From Thiobacillus sp. (GTDB taxonomy: Bacteria > Pseudomonadota > Gammaproteobacteria > Burkholderiales > Thiobacillaceae), in the NCBI GenBank assembly GCA_041912015.1, contig JAYRNU010000011.1:8144-72143 (forward strand): DNA of 64,000 bases. The letters are read 5' to 3'. The notes beneath the pieces are model-generated. The model had not been told where the DNA came from, made no database searches, and saw only the letters and a list, made by a program, of their open reading frames with translations. A program made the translations under genes and the position numbers. The stretch's first letter is position 1. Each line of letters begins with the position of its first letter. Shown here one piece after another: positions 20,199 through 30,226 of the stretch.

Positions 20199-20335
20199 CG
20201 GGCGATCATGCTCCGTCACGTTGTCACAGGGGTTTTCCTGACCTTGCAGCAATTTTGATTGCAATAGGGGAACTTCTGGTTTAAGGTACCGCAGCATTTT
20301 TTAGTACATGCCGATTTAATTGTAAGGAGAACCCA

Positions 20336-20563
20336 ATGAACTTCGATAAAGAACTCGATGCACGTGGACTGAACTGCCCCCTGCCCATCCTGCGTGCCAA
20401 GAAGGCTCTGGCAGAAGTCGCCAGCGGCCAAGTGCTGAAAATCCTGTCCACCGACCCGGGTTCGGTCAAGGATTTCGCCGCTTTTGCCAAGCAGACCGGC
20501 AACGAATTGCTGTCCACCGCTGAAGCTGGCGGCGAGTTCACCTTCTTCATGAAGAAGAAGTAA
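20336..20563 (+). CDS. tusA: Sulfur carrier TusA
   Basis: LDARGLNCPLPIL, TDPGS; RBS AGGAG. Confidence 0.97.
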   Translation: MNFDKELDARGLNCPLPILRAKKALAEVASGQVLKILSTDPGSVKDFAAFAKQTGNELLSTAEAGGEFTFFMKKK

Positions 20564-20641
20564 ACCTGAAATAAAGCCAGGCGCCGTCTGTTCTCACGAA
20601 CACACGGCGCTTTTGTTCAACTGGAACAGGAGAGACCGACA

Positions 20642-21151
20642 ATGGATACAAAAAAAATGGCCATTATTGCCACCAAAGGCACGCTGGATTGGGCTTATCC
20701 CCCTTTCATCCTCGCGTCGACGGCTGCTGCACTGGGCTATGAAACCCAGATTTTCTTCACCTTCTATGGCCTGCAACTTGTCCGTAAAGATCTGTCGGTC
20801 CTCAAAGTGAGCCCGCTGGGCAACCCCGGCATGCCGATGAAGATGCCGTTCGGGCCCAAGTGGTTCAAGAGCATCAACTGGAACATGCCTAACGCCATCC
20901 AGTCGCTTATCCCCGGCTATGAAAATGTGGCGACTGCCTTGATGAAGCAGACCATTGCCAACAACGGTGTTGCCACCATTCCGGACCTTCGCGAACTGTG
21001 CCAGGAAGCAGAAGTCAAGTTCATCGCCTGTCAGATGACAGTTGAACTGTTCGGCTTCGAACATTCCGACTTCATCGACGGCTTGGAGTATGGTGGCGCC
21101 GCGACCTTTTTCGAGTTTGCTGGCGAAACGGATATCTGTCTGTTTATCTAG
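20642..21151 (+). CDS. dsrE2: DsrE2-type sulfurtransferase
   Basis: ATKGTLDWAYPPFILA, FFTFYGL, IACQMT. Confidence 0.93.
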   Translation: MDTKKMAIIATKGTLDWAYPPFILASTAAALGYETQIFFTFYGLQLVRKDLSVLKVSPLGNPGMPMKMPFGPKWFKSINWNMPNAIQSLIPGYENVATALMKQTIANNGVATIPDLRELCQEAEVKFIACQMTVELFGFEHSDFIDGLEYGGAATFFEFAGETDICLFI

Positions 21152-21184
21152 GAATTCATCAGCGAACCGGATTGCAGTTCGTTG

Positions 21185-21216
21185 AAAAAAGAGCCGAGTC
21201 AGTTCGGCTCTTTTTT
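21185..21216. terminator. Intrinsic terminator after dsrE2
   Basis: AAAAAAGAGCCGA-GTCAGT-TCGGCTCTTTTTT. Confidence 0.88.
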
Positions 21217-21362
21217 ATTTTGTGTCTTTTGTACCACACTCGCCCAAGGCGGGCGATTCAATTCTTTCAGGCAACTTGTCATGATCGGGGCGCTCACGTA
21301 GCCTTCGGGGCAGGCTATTAAACAAGCTTATCTGAAACAACCAATTCCATCGGGAGAACACA

Positions 21363-22679
21363 ATGAAATTCACGCGCGTATTCGCTTTCATGGCACTGGC
21401 CGGACTGGCCGGCAGCGCTTTCGCCACGAACGGCTATTTTTCGCATGGCTATGGCATGAAAGCCAAGGGCCGTGCCGGCGCATCCACCGCAACCTATGAC
21501 GATGCCTTTGCCGGTGCCAACAACCCGGCCGCTGCAGCGTTCGCGGGCGAGCGCATCGATCTGGGCCTGGACTGGTTCAGCCCCAAGCGCGAGATGAGCC
21601 GATCGGGTAGTACCGGCGCTAATTTGGGCCCCGGTTTCGCGACCCCTCCCATGAACGGATCGTCAAACAGCGACTCGGATAACTTTTTCATTCCCGAATT
21701 CGGCTACAACACGATGTTCAATTCCGATGTGGCATTGGGCGTGGCAGCGTATGGCAATGGCGGCATGAACACCGACTATCCTTCGACCACCACCAATTGC
21801 GGTCCGGGCACCAACTTGCTGTGCGGACAAGGCAGCTTGGGCGTGGATCTGATGCAGTTGATCATCGCGCCGACCGCCGCCTACAAGATCACCCCCAACC
21901 ACTCGATCGGCATTTCTCCTCTGATCGGCTATCAGCGTTTCAAGGCTGAAGGCCTGCAGTCCTTTGCAGCGATTTCTTCCGATCGTCAAAATGTGACCAA
22001 TAACGGCTATGACGATTCCTGGGGCTGGGGCGTCCGGGTCGGCTACATGGGCCAGATTGCCCCGGGTTGGACTGTTGGCGCTGCCTATGCGTCGAAGATG
22101 GACTTCGATAGTTTCAACAAGTACTCTGGCCTGTTTGCCGAGCAGGGTGGTTTCGACATTCCCGAGAACTACAATCTGGGCGTGGCCTGGCAGGCGACCC
22201 CCCAGATCAAGCTGGCGCTCGATTACCAGCGCATCAATTACAGCGGCGTCAATTCGGTAGGCAACCCAAGCACCAATTTCATGACGTGCAATTACATGAC
22301 GGTGCCTAACGCCACAGGCCCTGGCTGCCTAGGGATGCCTGGCGGGGCCGGCTTCGGATGGTCCGATGTCAACGTCTGGAAACTGGGCGCCGAATACAAA
22401 GTCAACGAACAGTGGCTTTTGCGCGCTGGCTGGAACCACGGCGACAACCCCATTTCTTCACGCGATGTCGAATTCAACACGATTGCTCCCGCCGTCATTA
22501 CCGACCATTTGACGCTTGGCTTCACCTACACCGTCGAGTCCGGCAACGAAGTCACTGTCGCCTACATGCACGCGTTCAAGAACGACACTTCGGGGCCGTC
22601 GTATTTCTTCGGTGGCACCGACACGATCCAGATGTACCAGAATTCGCTGGGCATCCAGTACAGCTGGAAGATGAAATAG
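21363..22679 (+). CDS. FadL/OmpP1/TodX-family outer-membrane channel
   Basis: Signal peptide, ATNGYFSHGYG hatch region, NNPA motif, amphipathic beta-strands. Confidence 0.88.
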   Translation: MKFTRVFAFMALAGLAGSAFATNGYFSHGYGMKAKGRAGASTATYDDAFAGANNPAAAAFAGERIDLGLDWFSPKREMSRSGSTGANLGPGFATPPMNGSSNSDSDNFFIPEFGYNTMFNSDVALGVAAYGNGGMNTDYPSTTTNCGPGTNLLCGQGSLGVDLMQLIIAPTAAYKITPNHSIGISPLIGYQRFKAEGLQSFAAISSDRQNVTNNGYDDSWGWGVRVGYMGQIAPGWTVGAAYASKMDFDSFNKYSGLFAEQGGFDIPENYNLGVAWQATPQIKLALDYQRINYSGVNSVGNPSTNFMTCNYMTVPNATGPGCLGMPGGAGFGWSDVNVWKLGAEYKVNEQWLLRAGWNHGDNPISSRDVEFNTIAPAVITDHLTLGFTYTVESGNEVTVAYMHAFKNDTSGPSYFFGGTDTIQMYQNSLGIQYSWKMK

Positions 22680-22711
22680 CAGGTTTCAGCTGTTTCAGGC
22701 TGAATCCATCC

Positions 22712-22742
22712 AGCCGGGGTCTCGTGACCCCGGCTTTTTTTT
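22712..22742 (+). terminator. Intrinsic terminator after the FadL-like gene
   Basis: AGCCGGGGTC-TCGT-GACCCCGGCT followed by a T-run. Confidence 0.88.
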
Positions 22743-22759
22743 ACGTGGATAGGAATTCA

Positions 22760-23638
22760 ATGATGTTGCAACGTTTTGTGCTGGCGTGCCTGCTGGGCTT
22801 GACCACTTTGTCTGCCTGGGCGATTTCTCCCTATATTCCGGGAGATCGGGTACAGGCCGGAAAGCTTGCCACCGTGGCGGCTGCGGTAGAAAAGAAGCTT
22901 GCGGCAGAGGGTTTCCAGGTACTCGGGCTTTACACACCGAAATCCTTGCCGACGCACGGCGTGGTGGTCGCCACGGATGCCGGGATGCTGAGCAAGATCC
23001 GATCTTTTGGCGGATCAACGATCGTGGCCGCGCCGATTCGCGTGGGTATCACGACCGATGGTACGGTGGCTTATGCGAATCCCGATTACTGGGATCGTGC
23101 TTTTCTGGGTGAACGCTTTGCGCAGGCCGAGCCGGCAGTGCAGTCGGTGCAGTCCCGGCTGGCAAAGGCACTTGGCGCGGGGCCCGGATTTGGTGGGGAC
23201 GAGTCAGCCACGGATCTGCCTGAATACCGCTACATGATGGGGATGGAGGGTTTCGACGACGACAAGAACCTGCTGGCGACCCATGCCAGTTTCGAGTCCG
23301 CCGTCCGCATCGTGCAGGATAACCTGGCCAAGGGGATTTCCGGCGTAAGCAAGGCTTATGAACTGGTGCTGCCGGAGAGCAAGCTGGCTGTGTTCGGCGT
23401 GGCAATGAACAGCCGGGACATCAGCGATACCCTGATCATCGGCAAGATCGGCGTGCAGGAGCGGATTGCCGGCTTCCCTTACGAGATGTTCGTGGTCGAC
23501 AACAGGGTCTATGCGCTGTACGGGCGCTATCGTCTGGCGCTGGCGTTCCCGGATCTGAGCATGGGCAGTTTCATTCGCATCGTCTATGCGCCTGAGGACA
23601 TACACAGGATGCTGAAGGCCGTCGCGGGCGGCAAGTAG
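22760..23638 (+). CDS. Exported hypothetical protein, possibly two DUF302-like repeats
   Basis: Signal peptide MMLQRFVLACLLG..AWA; two halves with a similar helix/strand pattern; RBS AGGA. Confidence 0.7.
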   Translation: MMLQRFVLACLLGLTTLSAWAISPYIPGDRVQAGKLATVAAAVEKKLAAEGFQVLGLYTPKSLPTHGVVVATDAGMLSKIRSFGGSTIVAAPIRVGITTDGTVAYANPDYWDRAFLGERFAQAEPAVQSVQSRLAKALGAGPGFGGDESATDLPEYRYMMGMEGFDDDKNLLATHASFESAVRIVQDNLAKGISGVSKAYELVLPESKLAVFGVAMNSRDISDTLIIGKIGVQERIAGFPYEMFVVDNRVYALYGRYRLALAFPDLSMGSFIRIVYAPEDIHRMLKAVAGGK

Positions 23639-23698
23639 AGCAGGCTGCGCAACAAAGCACGGAGTTCCCGCGCCTCGTTGTCGCACGGTGACGGGGTA

Positions 23699-26437
23699 TC
23701 AGCCGAGACGTGCATGCTGGGCTTGCAGTTTCGCCAGCATGGCCGCGAAGTCGGCCATGCGAGCCTGTTCCTGCTGCACCACCGCCGCAGGCGCCTTGTC
23801 GACAAAACTGGGGTTGGCAAGCTTGCCCTCGGCTTTTCTGATCTCTCCCTGAATGCGGGTGATTTCCCTGGTCAGTCGCGCGCGTTCCGCATCCTTGTCG
23901 ATTTCCACCACCAGCATCAGCCGCATTTCGCCGACCAGGGCGACCGGGGCGTCGGCATCGACGAACTCGGGCACCGCGCTCACTTCACTCAACCTGCCGA
24001 GTGCACTGATGTAGGGGATCAGTGCGCCAATCATGGCGGCATCCCCCTCGATCACCAGAGGCACACGCTGCGCAGGCGACAGATTCATCTCGCCCCGCAG
24101 CGTACGGCAGGCGTTGACCAGCTCCTTCAGCAACTGGATATGCGCGACGCTGTCCGGTTGGCGGTGTGCTGCGTCGGCCTGCGGATAGGCGGCGAGCATG
24201 ATGCTGTCACCACTGACGCCAGCAAGCGGCGCCACCTTCTGCCATAGCTCCTCGGTGATGAAGGGGATGATGGGGTGGGCGAGACGCAGCGTGGATTCGA
24301 GCACCGTGGCGAGGGTATGGCGGGTGGCCCGCTGCTGGGTCGGCGTGCCGCTGTTCAACTGCACCTTGGCGAGCTCCAGGTACCAGTCGCAGTACTCATC
24401 CCAGACGAACTCGTAGACCGCGCGTGCGGCCTGATCGAAGCGGTAGGCGGCAAAGGCATCATGCACCTCGGCAATGGCCTGCTGCAGCCGGTCCGCAATC
24501 CAGCGGTCGGCATCTGAATAATCGAACCCGGCAGCGGCATCGAGACCGCAGTCGTGACCTTCCAGGTTCATCAGCACGAAGCGGGTGGCATTCCACAGCT
24601 TGTTGCAGAAATTGCGGTAGCCCTCGGCGCGCTGCAGGTCGAACTTGATGTCGCGGCCATGCGTGGCAAGGCTGGCAAAGGTGAACCGCAGGGCATCGGT
24701 GCCATAGGCGGCAATGCCCTCGGGAAATTCCTTGCGTGTGCGCTTCTCGATGCCGGCAGCCTGCTTGGGATTCATCAAGCCCTGGGTGCGCTTTGCAACC
24801 AGGTCGTCCACCGCGATGCCGTCGATGAGATCGATCGGGTCGAGCACGTTGCCCTTCGACTTGCTCATCTTCTGCCCCTCGGAGTCGCGCACCAGGCCCG
24901 TCACGTAAACCTCGCGGAACGGGACCTTGCCGGTGAAGTGCAGCGACATCATGACCATGCGGGCGACCCAGAAGAAGATGATGTCGAAGCCGGTGACCAG
25001 CACCGAGGTCGGCAGGTAGCGCGCGAGTTCGGGCGTATCGTCTGGCCAGCCCAACGTTGAGAAGGGCCACAGTGCGCTCGAGAACCAGGTGTCTAGCACG
25101 TCGTTGTCCTGGGTCAGTTCGCGACCCCCCGCCTGTTTCCGGGCGTCCTCTTCAGTGTGCGCGACGTAGAAATTTCCGTCCGCGTCGTACCACGCGGGAA
25201 TGCGGTGACCCCACCACAGCTGGCGTGACACGCACCAGTCCTGGATGTTTCCCAGCCACTGGCGGTAGGTGGTGGTCCAGTTTTCAGGGACGAATTTGAG
25301 TTCGCCCGAGTCGACCGCCGCCAGTCCCTGCCTGGCCAAGCCGTCCATGCTCATGAACCACTGGTCGGTGAGCATGGGTTCGATCACGGCATGGGTGCGG
25401 TCGCCGCGCGGGATCATCAGTTTGTGCGGCTTGGCGGAAACCAGCAGGCCGCTATCCTGTAGCGCATCGAGCAGCTTCTGCCGTGCCTCGTAGCGATCAA
25501 GCCCCTGGTATTCGGCTGGACAGAGGTCGTTCATCCTGGCGTCGAGGGTCAGCACGCTGATCGCCACCAGCTTGTGGCGCTGCCCGACCTGCCAGTCGTT
25601 GAAGTCATGCGCCGGGGTGATCTTGACCACACCGGTGCCGAACTCGCGATCGACATAGTCGTCAGCGATGATGGGGATGCTGCGCTCGGCGATCGGCAGG
25701 CGGACCTGCTGGCCAATCAAATGACGGTAACGTTCGTCCTCGGGGTGCACCGCCACGGCGGTGTCTCCGAGCAGGGTTTCCGGGCGGGTGGTGGCGACGG
25801 TCAGGTGGCCGCTGCCATCTTCGAGCGGGTAGTTGATTTCCCAGATGAAGCCGTCTTCCTCCTGACTCACGACTTCAAGATCGGACACCGCAGTCTGCAG
25901 CACGGGGTCCCAGTTAACCAGGCGCTTGCCGCGGTAGATCAAGCCTTCGCGGTAGAGTCGCACGAAGACTTCGGTAACTGCCTTCGACAGGCCGGCGTCC
26001 ATGGTGAATCGCTCGCGGCTCCAGTCCGGACTGGTGCCGAGGCGGCGCATCTGGCGGGTGATGGTGGAGCCGGAGTGCTCTTTCCAGTCCCAGACCTTCT
26101 CGAGAAATTTCTCGCGGCCAAGGTCGTGGCGCGACACGCCCTGCTGGTCGAGTTGGCGCTCGACGACGATTTGCGTCGCGATGCCGGCATGGTCGGTGCC
26201 CGGCTGCCACAGCGTGTTGTCACCCGTCATGCGGCGATAGCGCGTTAGCGCGTCCATCAGGGTGTGCTGGAAGGCGTGTCCCATGTGCAGCGTGCCGGTG
26301 ACGTTGGGCGGCGGCAGCATGATGCAGTAGGCGGGGGCGCCGGGCTTGTCGCCCGCCCTGAAGTAGCCGGCGCTTTCCCATTGGGAATACCAGCGCTTCT
26401 CGATTTCAGCCGGTTCGAACGATTTGGCGAGTTCCAT
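23699..26437 (-). CDS. valS: Valine--tRNA ligase
   Basis: [13 protein letters not shown] (HIGH-type motif), KMSKS, C-terminal coiled coil. Confidence 0.99.
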   Translation of the reverse strand: MELAKSFEPAEIEKRWYSQWESAGYFRAGDKPGAPAYCIMLPPPNVTGTLHMGHAFQHTLMDALTRYRRMTGDNTLWQPGTDHAGIATQIVVERQLDQQGVSRHDLGREKFLEKVWDWKEHSGSTITRQMRRLGTSPDWSRERFTMDAGLSKAVTEVFVRLYREGLIYRGKRLVNWDPVLQTAVSDLEVVSQEEDGFIWEINYPLEDGSGHLTVATTRPETLLGDTAVAVHPEDERYRHLIGQQVRLPIAERSIPIIADDYVDREFGTGVVKITPAHDFNDWQVGQRHKLVAISVLTLDARMNDLCPAEYQGLDRYEARQKLLDALQDSGLLVSAKPHKLMIPRGDRTHAVIEPMLTDQWFMSMDGLARQGLAAVDSGELKFVPENWTTTYRQWLGNIQDWCVSRQLWWGHRIPAWYDADGNFYVAHTEEDARKQAGGRELTQDNDVLDTWFSSALWPFSTLGWPDDTPELARYLPTSVLVTGFDIIFFWVARMVMMSLHFTGKVPFREVYVTGLVRDSEGQKMSKSKGNVLDPIDLIDGIAVDDLVAKRTQGLMNPKQAAGIEKRTRKEFPEGIAAYGTDALRFTFASLATHGRDIKFDLQRAEGYRNFCNKLWNATRFVLMNLEGHDCGLDAAAGFDYSDADRWIADRLQQAIAEVHDAFAAYRFDQAARAVYEFVWDEYCDWYLELAKVQLNSGTPTQQRATRHTLATVLESTLRLAHPIIPFITEELWQKVAPLAGVSGDSIMLAAYPQADAAHRQPDSVAHIQLLKELVNACRTLRGEMNLSPAQRVPLVIEGDAAMIGALIPYISALGRLSEVSAVPEFVDADAPVALVGEMRLMLVVEIDKDAERARLTREITRIQGEIRKAEGKLANPSFVDKAPAAVVQQEQARMADFAAMLAKLQAQHARLG

Positions 26438-26540
26438 GACGTGCAGGCAAAGGGGGAATTATCCCAAAAACACGGGGCAATTCACAAAAACCGAGGTGGC
26501 AGGTCCCGAATGTCGGAGATCAATGACCCGGCGCGCGTCC

Positions 26541-27071
26541 TTACGCCGAGGGATCGCGACGCTGCCTGAGCTTTTCGGCGACGGCTTCGCGCACGATTTC
26601 TCGCACGTTGACGTCGAGCTGGCTGAGCAGGCTGGATACGGTCTGGTCGAGATTCCTGCGCAACTCGGCAGCGACCTGCTTTTCCATTACTTCGGACAAG
26701 CGTGGCGCCAGTTCACTCATCAATTGTTCGGCCAGGGTGTCGCTGACGACGGGTTCGGTTGCAACAGGCGCAGGGATCGCGGTTTCAGCGGGTTCGGGCG
26801 CAATGGACGCCGGCTCGACAGGGGGCGGCGGGACAGCGGGCTCGGCTGGGGGCAGGGCCGCCGTATCGGGCTGCGCGATGGCCGGAGGCGTGCCGCGCTC
26901 GAGCACCTTTGTCAGCACCGGCAGCCAGGCATCGGCCGGTGCACCGGTCATGGCGCTGTCTGCGGGCCTGGCTGGCGCATCGTGGCGGGCTTCGCCGCCG
27001 CGATGTTTTCGCAGCAGCGCATCCATCTTGCTCAGGGTGTCCATTTCTTCTGATGGGGAGCGGTCGCTCAT
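26541..27071 (-). CDS. Hypothetical protein with Pro/Glu/Ala-rich linker (DUF2486-like, PopZ-like layout)
   Basis: 176 aa between holC and valS; short N-terminal helix, LPVLT motif, low-complexity middle, helical C-terminus; RBS GGAGG. Confidence 0.7.
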   Translation of the reverse strand: MSDRSPSEEMDTLSKMDALLRKHRGGEARHDAPARPADSAMTGAPADAWLPVLTKVLERGTPPAIAQPDTAALPPAEPAVPPPPVEPASIAPEPAETAIPAPVATEPVVSDTLAEQLMSELAPRLSEVMEKQVAAELRRNLDQTVSSLLSQLDVNVREIVREAVAEKLRQRRDPSA

Positions 27072-27080
27072 CGGGGCCTC

Positions 27081-27509
27081 CTATCCGGCGTTTTCACGCA
27101 GGTCGTGCGTTTTCAAAGCGTAGCCCCGAGCCTGGTAGAAGCGATAGCGTTCGCGGCCATGCTCGCGTCCAGCCTGATCCTGTCCGACGATTTCGACCAG
27201 GCGCTCGAAGCGGGCGAAGGCTGGAGGCTGCCCGTGGTGCAAATTGATCATGACGTCGGCATTGCGCAGAGCATCGACGTTGGCACCGATCAGTATCGGC
27301 GTGGCGTCAGCCAGCGCATCGGTATCGCGGCAGTGCGGCACGAAACCCAGCGCAGGCGTCGTCCACAGCAGGCGGTCGATGGCGTCGGCCGTTGCGGGAT
27401 CAGGTGCGTAAATCATCACCTGTTGTCCCTGGCCATATGCCTTGGCGGCGACGCGCCGGGCGACGTCGAGCGGATTGTCGGCGAAGGTGTAAAAAAGGAT
27501 CTCGGTCAC
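27081..27509 (-). CDS. holC: DNA polymerase III chi subunit
   Basis: IDRLLWT...FVPH, RERYRFYQARGY; follows pepA. Confidence 0.94.
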   Translation of the reverse strand: MTEILFYTFADNPLDVARRVAAKAYGQGQQVMIYAPDPATADAIDRLLWTTPALGFVPHCRDTDALADATPILIGANVDALRNADVMINLHHGQPPAFARFERLVEIVGQDQAGREHGRERYRFYQARGYALKTHDLRENAG

Positions 27510-29017
27510 TTTTCCGCACGGTTCAGCAGGAAGTTCACCAGCAGGGAGACCGGGCGGCCGGTCGAGCCCTTCTCGCGGCCGCCCTTCCAGGCGGTGCCGG
27601 CGATGTCAAGGTGTGCCCAGTGGTATTTCTTGGCGAAACGCCAGAGGAAGCAGGCTGCGGTGATCGAGCCGGCCGGCCGGCCGCCGATATTGGCCATGTC
27701 TGCAAGGCTGCTCTTGAGCTGGTCCTGGTAGTCCTCCCACAATGGCATGCGCCAGACGCGGTCCCAGGCATGATCGGCGGCATGTTCGATTTCACGCGCA
27801 AGCGGGTCGTGGTTGCTGTAGAGCGCGCTGGGATGCGCACCGAGCGCGATCACGCAGGCACCGGTCAGGGTCGCCAGGTCGATCACGGCATCGGGTTCGA
27901 AGCGCTCGGCGTAGGTCAGGGCGTCGCAGAGTATCAGACGGCCTTCGGCGTCGGTGTTGAGTATTTCGATGGTCTGGCCGGACATCGAGGTGACGATGTC
28001 GCCTGGCTTGTTGGCGCTGGCATCGGGCATGTTTTCGCATGCCGGGATCAGGCCGATGACGTTGAGCGGCAGCTTCATTTCGCCGATGGCGCGGAAGGTG
28101 CCGATGACGGCACCGCCACCGCTCATGTCGTAGTTCATCTCGTCCATTTCGGCAGGCGGCTTGAGCGAGATGCCGCCGGCATCGAAAGTGATCGCCTTGC
28201 CGACCAGCACGACGGGCTTGGCGCTCTTGGGGCCGCCCTCGTGCTTCAGGATGATGAAGCGCGGCGGCTTGTCACTGCCCTTGCCGACCGAGAGAAAGGA
28301 CCCCATGCCAAGTTTTTCGCAGGCTGCGTAGTCCAGGATTTCACAGCCGAACCCATGCGTCTTGGCGAGCTTTTTCGCCTCGCCAGCGAGGTATTCCGGC
28401 GTGCAGATGTTGGATGGCGTGTTGCCTAGGTCCTTGGCGAGATGGATGCCGTGTGCGATCGCCAGGCCGCGCGCGAGACCGGATTCGCCGTATTTCAGCT
28501 CGCCGCGGCGCGACACCGCAAACACCACACGCTTTAGCGGTCGGCGCGCCTCGCTCGGCTTGCTCTTCAGCCGATCAAAGCGATACAGCGCATCCTGAGC
28601 GATGATCACTGCCTGCTCGACGTTCCAGCTGACGTCGCGTTTCTTGACGGCAATCTCGGAGAGCGTGATGACGGCTTCCATGGAGCCGGTGTCGCGCAGG
28701 GTTTTGACCGCACAGGCGATGGCGTCGCGGTAGGCTTTTTCATGGAAGTCGCGCTCCTTGCCGAGACCGATCAGCAGGATCCGGTCCGCCAGGATGTTGG
28801 GCACCTTGTGCAGCAACAGCGTGCTGCCAGCCTTGCCTTCCATGTCCCCGCCACGCAGGATCTCTGACAGGTAGCCGTCGCTGGCACGATCGATGTCGAT
28901 GGCGGGGCCGGACAGCTTGCGGTTTTCAAAGACGCCGACGACAACGCAGGCCGAGCGCTGCTTTTCGGGCGCGCCGCTTTTTATGCTAAATTCGAGTTCG
29001 ATTTCCTTGTTTTCCAT
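27506..29017 (-). CDS. pepA: Leucyl aminopeptidase PepA
   Basis: GKAITFDAGG, NTDAEGRL, ATLTGA, WAHLDIAGT; start uncertain. Confidence 0.97.
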   Translation of the reverse strand: MENKEIELEFSIKSGAPEKQRSACVVVGVFENRKLSGPAIDIDRASDGYLSEILRGGDMEGKAGSTLLLHKVPNILADRILLIGLGKERDFHEKAYRDAIACAVKTLRDTGSMEAVITLSEIAVKKRDVSWNVEQAVIIAQDALYRFDRLKSKPSEARRPLKRVVFAVSRRGELKYGESGLARGLAIAHGIHLAKDLGNTPSNICTPEYLAGEAKKLAKTHGFGCEILDYAACEKLGMGSFLSVGKGSDKPPRFIILKHEGGPKSAKPVVLVGKAITFDAGGISLKPPAEMDEMNYDMSGGGAVIGTFRAIGEMKLPLNVIGLIPACENMPDASANKPGDIVTSMSGQTIEILNTDAEGRLILCDALTYAERFEPDAVIDLATLTGACVIALGAHPSALYSNHDPLAREIEHAADHAWDRVWRMPLWEDYQDQLKSSLADMANIGGRPAGSITAACFLWRFAKKYHWAHLDIAGTAWKGGREKGSTGRPVSLLVNFLLNRAEK

Positions 29018-29146
29018 GTCTGTGCTCAAAAAAATACAATTTGTCGATACGGCAATGATCGGTGTCGCCAATGGGGGGATTATTGGCGCGGGCGCGAAGG
29101 AATGTCAAAAGTCCACCCGCAAGCCGGACGCCGGCAGGATTTTCCG

Positions 29147-30226
29147 ATGCTCTATCGTCGTGCGCTGACTCGAGAAATGGCGCTTACGGCCGGCGCCATG
29201 CTGACCGTTCTGATTGCGATCGCCCTGGTCGTGCTATTCATCAGGCTGCTGGGCGATGTGGCGCGCGGCGAATTGCCCAATGAGGCGGTATTCACGTTCC
29301 TTGGCTTCTCGCTGCTGTTTTTCCTGCCCGTATTGATGACGATTGCGCTGTTTGCGGGCGTGTTGCTGCCTTTGTCACGCATGTGGCGAGATAGCGAAAT
29401 GGTGATCTGGTTCAATGCCGGTCTGAGTCTCACGCAGTGGATGCGCCCGGTTCTGACGTTTGCGATCCCCTATTCCATGGTCATCCTGTTGTTGACGCTG
29501 GTGCTCAATCCCTGGGCGCAAACCAAGAAATACGAGTATCGACAGGAATTGCGCAGCCGCAGCGAGAGTTCCATGGTTGCGCCGGGGCTGTTCATCGAGT
29601 CCCATGCAGGTCAGCGCGTCTACTATGTCGAGTCGATCAATCCGCTGACCGGCATCGTGCGAAATATCTTCATGCAGTCCCGTATCGACGGCCGGCTCGG
29701 ACTGGTGGTCGCCCGCGAGGGCAATTACTCCGAGCTTCCCGACGGCTCGCGTTACCTCGTGTTCAAGGAGGGTCGGCGCTATGAAGGCATTCCCGGCCAG
29801 CTCGATTACCGCATCGTCCACTTCGATCGCTACTGGATGCGACTCGACCCTGTTGCAGTGCGTGGCAAGGAAACCGGCATCAAGCAGGCGCCGCTCTCCG
29901 ATTTGATCGACGACACGTCAAGTCAGGCACGTGCCGAGCTGGTTTGGCGATTCGGCGTGCCATTCTCGGCGCTAGTGCTTGCCGTCATGGCCATTCCGCT
30001 CAGCTTCGTCAACACGCGGGCCCGCCGTTCCTATGGCCTGCTGATCGCCCTGTTGCTGTATTTCGTCTACAACAACCTGTTGTCGCTGTCGCAGGCGTGG
30101 GTCGCACAGGCCAAGCTCAACCCATGGATCGGCATGCTGGCCTCGCACGTGATCATGCTGCTTGCCGTGTACGCCCTGTTTTACCTGCGCACGCGGCTCC
30201 ATGTCCCGCGCTGGAAACGCGCATGA
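29147..30226 (+). CDS. lptF: LPS export permease LptF
   Basis: RMWRDSEM, GRRYEG, multiple TM helices; divergent from pepA. Confidence 0.94.
   Translation: MLYRRALTREMALTAGAMLTVLIAIALVVLFIRLLGDVARGELPNEAVFTFLGFSLLFFLPVLMTIALFAGVLLPLSRMWRDSEMVIWFNAGLSLTQWMRPVLTFAIPYSMVILLLTLVLNPWAQTKKYEYRQELRSRSESSMVAPGLFIESHAGQRVYYVESINPLTGIVRNIFMQSRIDGRLGLVVAREGNYSELPDGSRYLVFKEGRRYEGIPGQLDYRIVHFDRYWMRLDPVAVRGKETGIKQAPLSDLIDDTSSQARAELVWRFGVPFSALVLAVMAIPLSFVNTRARRSYGLLIALLLYFVYNNLLSLSQAWVAQAKLNPWIGMLASHVIMLLAVYALFYLRTRLHVPRWKRA

Noticed and set aside
20196-20218. Hairpin TGACGG...CCGTCA at the rhd TGA stop as a SECIS element
   Set aside because: The rhodanese domain is already complete and read-through gives a short non-homologous tail; an mRNA stability hairpin is more likely.
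28130-28200. PepA variants MNYD (usually MKYD) and GKAIT (usually GKGIT)
   Set aside because: The metal ligands and catalytic Lys/Arg appear retained, so there is no evidence of inactivation.
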